Of a stretch of DNA of 64,000 nt, positions 37,426 to 50,200 are shown piece after piece. The DNA is from Paraspadella gotoi. Its lineage: Eukaryota; Animalia; Chaetognatha. The first letter of the stretch is position 1. Each line of letters begins with the position of its first letter. The notes beneath the pieces are model-generated. The model had not been told where the DNA came from. It made no database searches and saw only the letters and a list, made by a program, of their open reading frames with translations. The translations under genes and the position numbers were made by a program. Where the stretch lies: the NCBI GenBank assembly GCA_051294375.1, contig JBJCIZ010000239.1, positions 1,107,678-1,171,677 of the forward strand. Direction: 5' to 3'.

Positions 37426-39597
37426 TATTTTGTGGACGCATTGGAAGATATTTTTTCCGACTCTCCGTACCATCGTCAAACACATTCTTAAAAAGGATGC
37501 AATCAATAGAGAACGCATTCAATGCCTTTTCAAAGAACCTTTTTTTTCAATCTTTCCTTATTCCATTAAAAGGGACAAGTGGAATGCATTAAAAAAAACG
37601 ATTCCATCTCTCAACTTTCTGTTATTATTTTTTTTTTTTTTTTTGGTCCACATACAAATCTGACTGAGTCCGTACAAATCGAGTCATAAATATTTCGCTT
37701 TGGCTGAACCGACCCGCGGGTTTTTTGTTTTTAACCCTAACCGACGTATCAATTAATTCTTCGCAATCTGATTGGTCTAATTTCCCTCACGGCCTTTGAG
37801 GCGATAGGCGGAAATCCGCTTGCTACGCGACTAACAACGGCTCTGACTGTCCAGCGGAAAAAAAAAAATCATTTTAACGTACCATGAAGTCGAAAGAAAA
37901 GGGGGAGGAATTGAAGAATGCATACGTATTATTCCTTTTTTTTTTTTCTTTTCTATTCTTTCTTTTGTTTTCTTTTTTTTTTTCCTAATGTAATCCGATC
38001 CGCGTTTGGTTTTGTCCGTGCAAAACAGTCCTACGGGAGGAAGGAAGAGCGAAGAGGAGGAAAGAGGATAGCTGAATCGCTCTCCTCTTCCTCTTAATTC
38101 TCTCTCCTGCCTCGTCGCAAGTCTTCTCGACGTAACTCCTCCTCTCCTCCTCTCTTTGACATGAGCCAAGAGTCTTTTCGGTCTCTCTCTGTCCTCCTCT
38201 CATCTCTCTCTCTCTCTCTCGATCGCAGAACTGAGGTCGTGATTCTGAAAAGGAAAAAAATAAAAATAAAAGCGAAACACAAAAAAAAAAAGAACGAAAT
38301 CTGTGACGAAAATCCCCGACGTTATGGAATTCCTGCTTATTTTGCGCGAAAAAAGAGGAAAAAAACTCTAACGTTCTTTTTTCGAAAAAAAAAGAAAGAG
38401 TTTAACGTTCTCTTTTTTATTGGAATAATGATCCTCAATTTACTTTCATCATTTGCTTGGAAATAAAACAGAATCTACAATAAACACTGTGAGCCCAGAA
38501 TTTCGATAAGAAGGAAATTATTCAAGCGACGGATTTGGTTTTAAAACATAAAAAAAAATGAGTGGAGTTGTTAAAGATCTTTTAAAATAAACGAATCATT
38601 TTGACATAATAAGTTTAAAAAAAAAGGTTGTTAAAACCTAAAAAACCTGAATCGAATGAAAGAAAAAACAGGAAATAATTTTTTTTTTTTAAGCTCGAAT
38701 GAATTATTTTTTTATTTTTTTTATTAAGTTTAACTTCGAAGACTTTGGCTTACTACGACATCGGAATAATAAATTCTTATTTCTTATATCCTCCATTTTT
38801 CAGATATTTATTTTAGCGCACGAAAAACATAAAAGACCGGAGTAAAAACTTCGTTCTTGGAAAAAAATAAAAAAGTCGTAAAGAAACGAATATGCGGAGA
38901 CGGAAATAAAAATTCTAAAAAAATATAATTTAAAAAAAAGGGCTAAACTTTCCCACGATTCGATTATTTCCTCGAGGAATTCATAAAAAAAAAAGAAGAT
39001 ATTATTATTTAAATTTCGACAAAAGAATACTGGAAGCGTTAATTACCAAGACTGTATAGCCATCGAGCGGCAACTTCATACATCCCCAAACCCATCTGAC
39101 AACGCATCTGCAACGCCAAATTGCAACGCCAACCATCGATCCTCTCCGCGCCATCATCGACTATCTCCGTCGCCCACGCCGGGTTACAAACAGGCCATCC
39201 TCGCTTAGGCGCCAACCGGCGTCATCATTCTTTCCCGGCGACGCCCGTCGTCTTTTTATGCCTCTACTCATCTCTCTCGCTCTCTGTCTTCGAAAAACTA
39301 AAAAGGAAAGCGGATCGAGCATGTCATCTCTCTCTCTCCTCCCCCTTTCCCCCCCCCCTCCCACATAACAATGAATTAGAGTAAGAATCCTCGTCATCCA
39401 ATTTTCTATCACCGAATGACCGAACCAGACCGACGACGCCGCTCGCGACACGGCGCCTCGAACCGACAACGGCGCCTTCTCGGCCGGCTGTGGTGGGCGC
39501 GCCCCATTCATCAATGTCGTTCTCCCTGGCGCGCCCTCTCTCATCATCTCGCGATATCGCTCCCCAGGCGCGGAGGTGAGCGGAACGCCCACTTACA

Positions 39598-39629
<32 letters not shown>

Positions 39630-39639
39630 CTCTCTTCTC

Positions 39640-39673
<34 letters not shown>

Positions 39674-42130
39674 AATCATCTCTATCCCGATTTACCAACC
39701 CAGACGCTGTTGGATACGTCGTGATCATCTCTCTCTCTCTCTCTCTCATTTTCTTCTCTTCCGCTCCGCCGGCCTTTTGTTTCATTCTTTTTTCCTTCTC
39801 CCAGCGAGACGTCGACGCTTCTCCCGTTCACAACCGGCACGCCTTTTTCACCCCTCTTCGTGACGTCAGCACAGGTCGTTTGCCAGAGCCACGTCCCCAG
39901 GCGCCGATATGGCCAGCCTTCCCTCTACACCGGCGTTGCAAATGCCGCGCGTCAGAAGAAGAACGACGCGTCGAATTAACGGAAAACATTAGACGTCAGA
40001 AAATCGCGTCGGTTAAAAATCCGAATAAAACGTGATTAAAAGAAGAAAAAAGCCAAAAAAAAACAAAAAAAAAATCCCCCAATAAAAAAAAAGACAACAG
40101 GGAACTTACGTGTCCGATCTCATCCGGGGAGACTTGTGTATTTAAATTACATCTCCCCGTCATTCGCCTCGACTCTAATTCTCATGGTCTTTCTTCTTAC
40201 CAACGCATCCACCCGCTGCTAGTCGTCACGGCGGCGCTGTAGAAAGCTGCCACGCGCCGCGGCAGCCCCGCCGCACCGACGCCTCTCCAGCCCGTCTTCA
40301 CGGAGGCAGCCACAAAGCCGTGAACGTCTCCCACGGGTCGCGTCCACGTTCATATCCTCGCCGCGAAAGGCGCGCACCGGCCCGGAGTATCGTTGGTGGA
40401 AAAAGGGCAGCCGGGTATGTGACAGGAATTTTCCGGCGTCGGTCTTGCACAAAGGATCCGGCGCCGCCCGGAGACTTTGGAGTGTATCGGGTGCGTGGCG
40501 CGAATGCTCTCGGCGCGGTGTTGAGATCGAGAGGCGAAGCTCGTGGAGGCCAAGTTAAAGTTGGAGCGCTAAGGAGAGACGCTGTTAGGATTGAGACAGC
40601 TACACGGTAAATAAAGATGGATTTGTTATTTTGTCTTTTTGTCCGTTTTAATTGTCTTTTCTCATGTTTTATTGTATTTATCTTCTTTTTGTCTTTATGC
40701 CATATTATTTGTCTTCTTTTGTTTCGATTTGTCTCTTAGTAATATTCTTTCAACGCTTATTTTCAATTTTTTTTTTTGCGTTTTATCTTTTTTTTTGTCT
40801 TTCTTTCTCTGACTTTTTGTTCCGATTTGTCTATTTTGTTCTTACTTTCTTTTCCCCCCGTTTTTATTTCTGTCATTTCATCCCTTTTAATGTTTTTTGT
40901 CTTCTTTCTGTCAATTTCCCCTTATTTTATGGTCTTACTGGTTTTGCCAAAACATTGAAAATCCGGTTGTCAAAGGTGATGTCTTCCTTTCTTTTCATAC
41001 GCTTCTCTTTTATTTTCTTTCTTTATTTCTTTTCTTTTGGTTCCTCAAAGAGAGAGGACTCAGTGGGTCGGCGACCGTTGTCAATCGCCTCAGGTTCTAA
41101 TTTTTAGTTTTTTTTCAACATTTTTGCAGCGAAAGATTTTTTTTTTTTGATAAAAATAAATTTTTGAAGTCTAAAATTTTAGTTCAAAGTCACGTTCGAG
41201 TCGGAAAGCGAAAGATAAGAATCTTTATTGAAAAAATGATAAAAATTAAAAGATAAAAAAAAAGTTTTTAACTCGTTTTTTCAAATATCGTAAAGGATCA
41301 GGTTATGATTAAAACTTGTACCAGAGCTAAAGTTGAATTAATATATAGAATCCTTTAAAATCTAAATGTTTAAAAATTAACAATCACGATTAAATAAGCG
41401 TTAGGTTATATCCCGACTTACTATTCATGAAGAAAAAAAATCGCTGACCGCATCTAATAATGAAGAAAAATCTCGATCGACAGAATAACCGCATAAAAAC
41501 AAATCGCATCTCAATTTTTTTCCCGCCCACTTTTTTTCCTCCCGCTAAGGGTGGGGCGGGAGAGTGGCAGTTAAATAAGGGGCCTCCCCCCCCCAACATC
41601 TATCTCCCCCCCCCTCGTAAATCGGAGGCCTCCAATTTATCTTCTTCCAAACGAGAACGAATAACTTAATTATAAGTTTAACCTCAGAAAACATGAAGGG
41701 CTTTCGAGCGGCAGGCGTAAAGCGCCATTCATCTCTTTCTCTCTCTCTTTCTCTCCTCTTCTCTCTCTCTCTTTTATCTCGTCTCTCTCATCTTTCTCTC
41801 ACTCTCTCTCATCTCTATTCTCTCCTCTCCCTTTCTCTCTCTTTTTTTTTCTTACTCTTTTTCTCTCTTTCTCATTCTCTCTCTATCTTTCTCTTCTTAC
41901 TCTCTCTCTCTCTTTCTTACCACTTTCTATCACAATCTTTCTCTCATCTCATCGCACACTCGCAAATCGAAGACCAAGCACACAGCCAATCCACGCGCGG
42001 CGCCCCGCAAAAACGCACCGCGTGCAATACGACCGCCCCGGCTTTTTCAGATCCATATTAGCCCGAGCCATCCGGGCTTTATTTTGCGCGGCCGGCTATC
42101 CGGAGCTTTTCCCGTCTAACGAAGTCCCTA
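37426..42130 (+). other. Indel-riddled second copy of 32246-36450 (sdk upstream region, exon 1 at about 40098-40606, intron 1); probable assembly artefact or haplotype duplicate
   Basis: Colinear with the first copy; differences are mostly scattered 1-bp insertions in both coding and non-coding DNA; lies next to the 25-N gap at 37274-37298. Confidence 0.8.
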
Positions 42131-42591
42131 ACACTAAATAAAGCCGCGTAAGAACTGAAGGCCCGCGAGAAACAGTTAGCACCTTTTTTTTCTTTTTTTT
42201 ATTTGTAAATAGCAAATGTGGGAAGGTTATATGAGAGAGAGAGGAGAGAGAGAGAAGAGAGAGAGAAGAGAGAGAAGAGAGAAGAGAGGGCAATAAAAGT
42301 AAGTTAACCTTATCTGTTTTCTTTTTTCTCCTTCCTTTACTTTTTTTTCTTTCTTTAATTCCGCAACAAATACAGATAACGATGTTTGTTCCCACGTTCG
42401 ATCCGAAACAAACGGACGGCTGTACATCCGCCTACGGACGGAAAAAATCCTTTCCATTGGTTACACATTCTAACTCCATGAATAAATCTCTCTCTCTCTC
42501 TCTCTCTCATCTCTCCTCCTCCTTCTCTCTCTCNNNNNNNNNNNNNNNNNNNNNNNNNTCTCTCTCTCTCTCTCTCTCTCTCTCTCCGCAG

Positions 42592-42697
42592 GTCGTCAAG
42601 GCGAGAGCCTTTTGATCCAACTGGCGTCCAAGTATCGAATCGAAGGTCAACCGGAACCCGTCGTACAGTGGATCCAAGTGTCGCCGGACGGGAGCAG
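42592..42697 (+). CDS. sdk: Sidekick exon 2 (first half of Ig2); an error-laden copy lies at 36900-37006
   Basis: (CT)n-ccgcag acceptor; phase-1 join gives GRQGESLLIQLASKYRIEGQPEPVVQWIQVSPDGS; donor AG|GTAAAT. Confidence 0.8.
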
Positions 42698-43688
42698 GTA
42701 AATTACAGGGGATTCGGCGCCGGAAAAAAAATTGAACAAACAATATATAAAACTATACGAAACACCAAACGAAACACAAAAACGAAACGAAAAACAAAAC
42801 TTAAATCAAATACACAAAACGAAACGCAAAACTAAATATAAAACACAAACAATATAAAACGAAAACACAAAACGAAATACAAAACAAAAGACAAGAAACA
42901 AAAAAAAACAAAAAAACTACACACAGAACACAAATTAAAACACAAATCACAAATCGAAACACGAAAGTCGAAACACGAAAGTCTAAACCAAACACAAAAA
43001 GAAATACAAAACCGAATAACTAACACAAAACAAAAACGCACAAAACAAATCGCACAAAACGAAACTATATGATTCGTCTCCGGTTAAATCGAATCTGTTC
43101 ATCGCATCGACCGTTTTAAATATGCAAATCGTCGGTGATTTCGGCGAATCCGTCTGTCCGTCCTCAGCGTTCCAGGATTCGATGTAATTAGTAGAGAGAG
43201 AGAGAGAGANNNNNNNNNNNNNNNNNNNNNNNNNNNNNNNNNNNNNNNNNNNNNNNNNNNNNNNNNNNNNNNNNNNNNNNNNNNNNNNNNNNNNNNNNNN
43301 NNNNNNNNNNNNNNNNNNNNNNNNNNNNNNNNNNNNNNNNNNNNNNNNNNNNNNNNNNNNNNNNNNNNNNNNNNNNNNNNNNNNNNNNNNNNNNNNNNNN
43401 NNNNNNNNNNNNNNNNNNNNNNNNNNNNNNNNNNNNNNNNNNNNNNNNNNNNNNNNNNNNNNNNNNNNNNNNNNNNNNNNNNNNNNNNNNNNNNNNNNNN
43501 NNNNNNNNNNNNNNNNNNNNNNNNNNNNNNNNNNNNNNNNNNNNNNNNNNNNNNNNNNNNNNNNNNNNNNNNNNNNNNNNNNNNNNNNNNNNNNNNNNNN
43601 NNNNNNNNNNNNNNNNNNNNNNNNNNNNNNNNNNNNNNNNNNNNNNNNNNNNNNNNNNNNNNNNNNNNNNNNNNNNNNNNNNNNNNNN

Positions 43689-43802
43689 GACGAACTGGCG
43701 CTGCTGTCGCTCTCGTCCAGAGACAGAAACAAAAGATTTCGCGCCCAAGTTTTGAATCCGACGCTGGGACTCAGTTTGGACACCGTGTTCTGGAACATTC
43801 AG
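43689..43802 (+). CDS. sdk: Sidekick exon 3 (second half of Ig2; 5' part lost in the N gap)
   Basis: DELALLSLSSRDRNKRFRAQVLNPTLGLSLDTVFWNIQ aligns to the Cys-less Sdk Ig2 (cf. NQLVIL...D.G.YYVQAVN..G). Donor CAG|GTGAAT, phase 0. Not in the ORF track. Confidence 0.75.
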
Positions 43803-45294
43803 GTGAATTTAGGGGGTTTGGTGAATGAATAGTATGAATGGAAGAATTGATGAACGAACGAAGGAACGTGTGAATGTCTATCTGTTAGAAAATTAAGCAT
43901 TTAATGAAAAAAAAAATGTTTAAAAAATGTCGGAAAATAGAAAGTTTTCATGGGAGGAAACCAGAATTGCAAGGGTCCTTATCCTTATCCTTATCCTTAC
44001 ATAATAAGAGATTTTCTCATTAATGATTCAACAGGAATGATCTATTAGAAAACTGGAAAGTCAGAAAACTCTGACCTTGTGTTGTATAGATGTACCCACT
44101 ATTTCCAACTTTCATAAGAACGGAAAAAAAATGGTACGAGTTCAAACTGGCACGGAAAAATATATTCGCCGTGACTGTGTCATGCCAGTGTGGCGATGAA
44201 CTGCAGTGATATAAAAAAGGGAACCATGTAAAAAAAAAAATATATAAAAAACAAGGATCAGAAACCGGGAAAGCAGAGACTCGCCGCCGCCGCCGACGCC
44301 GCCGCCGCTGCCAGCGTGATGAACGACATTTTAAAACCCGGGGAAAGGGAGAAAAAAAAATTATTGCCTGCAAGATGCAAGCGCGCCAAAATTTGGGGAT
44401 TTTCTTTCTTATTTATTTTTTTTTTTAGTGGAGGAATGAAACATAATTAACGAGGTTCGTTCCAGAGTTCGGAACTCCTGGGTTGACGAGGTTAAACGCT
44501 CGCGATTCATTTTTTTTTTCGTCTTTCATTCCGATGCATTTGCTGNNNNNNNNNNNNNNNNNNNNNNNNNNNNNNNNNNNNNNNNNNNNNNNNNNNNNNN
44601 NNNNNNNNNNNNNNNNNNNNNNNNNNNNNNNNNNNNNNNNNNNNNNNNNNNNNNNNNNNNNNNNNNNNNNNNNNNNNNNNNNNNNNNNNNNNNNNNNNNN
44701 NNNNNNNNNNNNNNNNNNNNNNNNNNNNNNNNNNNNNNNNNNNNNNNNNNNNNNNNNNNNNNNNNNNNNNNNNNNNNNNNNNNNNNNNNNNNNNNNNNNN
44801 NNNNNNNNNNNNNNNNNNNNNNNNNNNNNNNNNNNNNNNNNNNNNNNNNNNNNNNNNNNNNNNNNNNNNNNNNNNNNNNNNNNNNNNNNNNNNNNNNNNN
44901 NNNNNNNNNNNNNNNNNNNNNNNNNNNNNNNNNNNNNNNNNNNNNNNNNNNNNNNNNNNNNNNNNNNNNNNNNNNNNNNNNNNNNNNNNNNNNNNNNNNN
45001 NNNNNNNNNNNNNNNNNNNNNNNNNNNNNNNNNNNNNNNNNNNNNNNNNNNNNNNNNNNNNNNNNNNNNNNNNNNNTCAGAGCGAAGTTCTGTTTTTCTC
45101 TCGAAAAATCTAATCAAAATAAATGACTGAAATAACAAACTTTTTTGTGTGGGGTATAGAGGGGGGAGAAATCTTTGAAAATCAAGATTTTCTCTCTACT
45201 TCTCTCTCTCTTCTCTCCTCTTTATTTCTCATCTCGCTCCTCTCTATTCTCTTCTCTTCGTGTCTACTTCTACTCATCTTTAAAACAATCTACA

Positions 45295-47228
45295 GTCCCC
45301 TTCGCTTCCTTTCGACAACTCTATCCAGCGCACCTACTTAAATAGTTAATTCGTGAGTATACTAGAAAGTTTGAACTAGTTCGGAAATTAGACAGTTCTA
45401 AAATTTATAGAACCATCATACTTCCGAATTGCGGCACTGACCTTTGCCGATTCTTTTTATTCTTTTTTATTCTTTTTTTCTATTTCGCTTCCGAAATCAA
45501 ATAATTTAAAAAACTCGTAGTTGTAAACTATTTACCTAATTCCTCTATCTTCAACTCTATATTTTTTTCTTTAATTAAGCACTAAAATACAAAAAAAATC
45601 GTAAACTAAATATTTGAGAATGAATACAAATGAGGAACAATCGAAACAACCTTTAAACATATTAATAAAGACATAAAATAACTTTTGTTGAGACAAAAGA
45701 GATGCATGGTCAACAATGTGGTTATCAATAGAAATTCCTGTTGATTGGAAGATTTAATACAAAAAATATGTCGTGATAATGACTGCGATTAAACTTGTAT
45801 ACTTAAAAAAGGTGGCAAATAACCGAGCCGACGAATCATCATTAATGGACTTTTCTTCCGCGAAGAAAGATTAATTAAATTTTAAAAAAAGATTTGCTGC
45901 TAAAAACGCTTAAGACGCATTATTTAAATACTTCGTCACTTCTCTGCTCTCGGCGAATTTCTCCGTCTCTCTTCTCGTGTTTCTCTCCTCCTCTCATTCT
46001 CTCTCTCTTCTCTCTCTCTCTCTTCCTGTCATCCTGATCTCTCTCTCTCTCTTTCTGACACTTTTCTAGCGATTCATCTAAAACCGAAATTAGGAAGTTT
46101 CTCTTCCCTCGAGGCGGAGAACGGACGAAGCCACCGTTTAAGTCGAAGAAGAAGAAATGAAGCATTCTGATTCTCCCTCGGAAAAATTAACCATAAATTT
46201 TTTTTTCCGCAGACAAAAAAAAAGGTGGCCTTTTATTTGAGAGGGGCCAATGGATCGGCCTCATGATGGCCCCTAAATTTTGGGGCGGTGCCGTCATCGT
46301 CATCCGCGCTCGATCGTGTTCCTCTCCTTTTCGTCTCTTTATGGCAAATGAGATGCAAGAATTGTGGAATAAAAGGGGAAAAAACACGGAGATCATAAAG
46401 GAACGAGGGCCTTACAGAAGAAAAAATTACTGGGCGTTAACCTTTACGATAGTTAAAAGAAAAAAAAAGATTATTCTATTTTTCTCGCTATCCCTTTTTT
46501 TATTATTAAGCTTGACCGAAAAGAAGGAGGGTAGAAAAAGAGCAGATGAGTGCTCTAAACAATAATTCCTTCGGATGACGAAAACTTGTTGAGGGGCAAA
46601 AAAATACATGAAGCTTTAACCTTCACGAAGAAATTTCATTTACGAAAGCGGTTTTTTTTTTTTGTTTTAATACGGGATGAGAAAGGAAGCTTTCAATTCT
46701 TTCAGCCCAAAAATCGCATGCTAACTCCAAGGGCCAATAACACGGCCCTAAACCAGACTAAGCCGCCTAACACGGCCCTCCTACTCAGCTCCAGTATAAA
46801 AGGACAAGGCTAAAACCTCAGTCGAACCAAATGCCCAATATTCTTTTGCTCTTCTTGCCCCTAAAACCTTACTCTCAGCATCCAGGGATGTTTTTTCCTT
46901 TCGGCAGGCCAAAGGTCACAGAATGGCAAAAAAATTCGACGTTACAATCTGGATATGAGAAAGGAAGAGAGAGAGAGAGAGAGAGAGACGAGACGGAAGA
47001 AACGAGAGAGGAAGAGAGAGAGAGAGGAGGAGAGAGGAGGTGCTCTTTAGGCGTATTTCTAAACGACTCCGGCTGCTCGATCACATGCACGCAGCATGCA
47101 AAGCGGGACAGAGAACGAGAAAGCAGCTTTTGTGTCTACGGATTCCAGAAGAAGACCGCAAGTAGAAGATTCCCCAATTGGTGCGCGACACGCCAGGAGA
47201 GAGAGAGAGCAGAGAGAGGAGAGAGCAT

Positions 47229-47260
<32 letters not shown>

Positions 47261-50200
47261 GGTAGGGCAGGGTAAGGAGGTGTCGACGCTAATTCCCGCG
47301 GGGATACGAGGAAGAATGGGCAAAGCGGATCCTGGCTATAGTCGGGTCAAAGATATTCAATCTTTCGAGGATGCACAATCATATCCGGAGCTCGGAAGGC
47401 GAAGACAAACGATTGGATTTGAGATTGGGGAAATACGATTGTTTTGATTGGTATCTGGCTATGCGCGAGTTTCATAGTGCTTGGATTCGTTGGATTGTGG
47501 GGACTCGAGAATGAAGAAGAAAATGAGGCTTAAAAAATAAACAGAAGGGTACGTTAATCCCGCTGCGCGATATCGTCGAATTGTGTTTTGGATGACCCAA
47601 ATAAACCCTAATCTTCTCTTCTCTCTCTCTCACGCTCTCTCTCATGCTTCTCTCTCTCTCTCTCTCTCTCTGCTCAGGCGTTGGAACCGTCTTCCGGTCC
47701 CGCGAACTTGGCGCCGAAATCGTGATTCGCCGAGATCGGGCGGGCCAAAGAGTCGGCACGTTCGTCGTCGCATTCGATTGCGTCACCAATGCGCATCGAT
47801 AGATATGGTGAGTTTTAAACAGTGACTCGATTATTGTCATTTTATTAAATATATATTTTGTTCACAGGAATTTAAAGAAATGTTAATTATTTTATATAAG
47901 ATAAAATTAATTTTTTATTATTTATTATTATTTGAATTATATTGCTTTATTTTTCCGTCGATTTTCTAATTTGTCGTTATTTCTCCATACTCCTGATTTT
48001 CTTTTAATTCCGAGACTGGAAACGAATAATTTAATTCAGTTTATCAATAATTGCTAATAATTATTTATAAAATAGATAATAATTACTATCTATATACTTT
48101 CAAAAAGGTCCGCGTTCAAGTGGCGCAAAGAACGGCGTCGAGATTCATCCTCCTCCAAATTCCTCGTCTCTTCGAAATCGAAATGGCGCCGGCCTCACTC
48201 AATCGCGACGCCTTCGACGACGATTTCCGGGACGTACTTTGCGAGCCTCTCTCTTGGGCTACGACTTCGCCCCAGCGCGTCGCAGCGCGCGTCTTGACCG
48301 TCAACCCCCCCTTTTCGACGACTCCATCCGTAACCCGCTCGTCTCTTCCGTTCGATTCGGCGACGCCTTGACGGTCAGATGCGGCGCCACGGCGCGCGCC
48401 CGGAGACCGAAGTCAGCGTGGTACAAACGAGGCGTCGCCGCTGGAGAATCACCGTTAGGAATAGTCGGTCGAAATCCGACGGCGCCGAGTGATTCCGCAC
48501 GGCCGCCGGCGCCGAGTAACGCCGGCGTCTATCAAATGCTTTCGCTGGTATCCCCAACGTGAGCCGCGTCGCATCCGTCCACACTTACGTCAAAGTCGTG
48601 ACGGTGGGCGCGGTTATAGAAACGGCGCCGCCTAAAAGTTAGCGTCGTGCGACAGAGAGGACGTAACAACTGCCATGCGGGCGCGCGTGGGAAGCGGCCG
48701 AGGCCACATTCAGCCTGGCGAGCTCGCGAGAGGAAGGCGCAAGTCGTTTGGCAAGCCGAGATCCTGGGATCCATCGGCGCTCCCTCGTCAATGCCGACGA
48801 CGCCGGCGACGCCGACGTCGGTTCTCCTTTGCTGCGAAGCGAAGAATCGTTTCGGCGCACCGTCTGTCTGCGCTTCCGTCAAGCGTCGCCGTCAAGACTG
48901 CGAAATCACAGCGCGCACCCGAAGGACGCTCGCCGGTCATCATCTCTTCTCCAGGTGGCGCCAAGACATATTTATATTTAAAGATAAACCAATTTTAACA
49001 AATGGTTAACCTTTACAAAATGCTAAAAACTTTAAGCAAGTACGTTGAACCGTATTAGTTTTCAATTCACATATTTTTATCATGGCAAAATAATTAAAAA
49101 ATTGTTCATGTAGGTTTAAAAATTTTAAAAAAAGATTTTGAAAAAATTATGCTTTTTTTTAAATCTTTTTTTGCAATAATTTTGTGTTTTGTAAGTGAAA
49201 AAAAAGATATTTTTTTTTCAAATTTAAAAGAGAAAAGAAACATTACAAAAATTATTAGACATTCCTGAATTTACTACAGTTACAGAAATCTTACCCAACT
49301 TATCTCCATCCAGGCGCGCTCTTCTGCGGCGGTCACTCACACGACCCGACCGTGACGTGGACATCAAGTGGACCTTCAGAGGGACGACCCATTCTGATCT
49401 CCGGCGAACGCGAATTACGCACCGACGCCGACGGCACTCTTCGCATCCGAAGCGTGCGTCATCAAGAACGCCCGAACCTACTCTTGTCTGCGTCGCGTCG
49501 GACGGCGGCGGACGAAGATCAACGCCGCCGTCTTAGAGCGTCATTCAACTTCCCTTCGCGCCCACGGGGGTCGCGCGGAGTTAACGCCGGGGATTCGCGT
49601 CACGTGATCTCAAGTGAGGCGCGCCGATTCGATGGAAATTCGCCCGTGAAATCTTACATCGTCCAAGCGCAGCGGTGCGAGATCTTGAAAAACTGAAAGG
49701 ACAAGTCCCTCCTCTTTTCGAAATCCTAACCTGAAGGAGCCTCCACAACTGGAAAGACGGTCGCGACGGACGTTTCCGGCTCCGAAACTCGACGCCTCCT
49801 CGTCAACCTCCTCTCCTGCGACTTCCTACAAATTCCGCGTGGCGGCATCAAATTCGCGTGGGCGAGGGAGAATTTTCCAAACGCCCTTGGGAATCGTGGA
49901 CATCCTCAATAGAGAGCCCGCCCTCCGAGCGCCGCGGCTGCTGGCCATCTTCGGCTTCCACACTGACGATCATGGTCGAGTGGCAGCCTCCGCCCAGCGA
50001 AGGAATGGAAGCGGCGGTGCTGCCGGTTCGTTCTCGAGTACCGTCTGTCGGAATACACGAGTCTGCGTGGACCTTTTGGTCAATATCAGCGACCACCGGG
50101 TCGGAGTCACATCTCATCGGTGACCTGATGGTGTGGAAACTCTTACTCCGATCCGCATGGCCGCTTTTAACGGCAAAGGCGTCGGCGTTACTCGCCCGTT

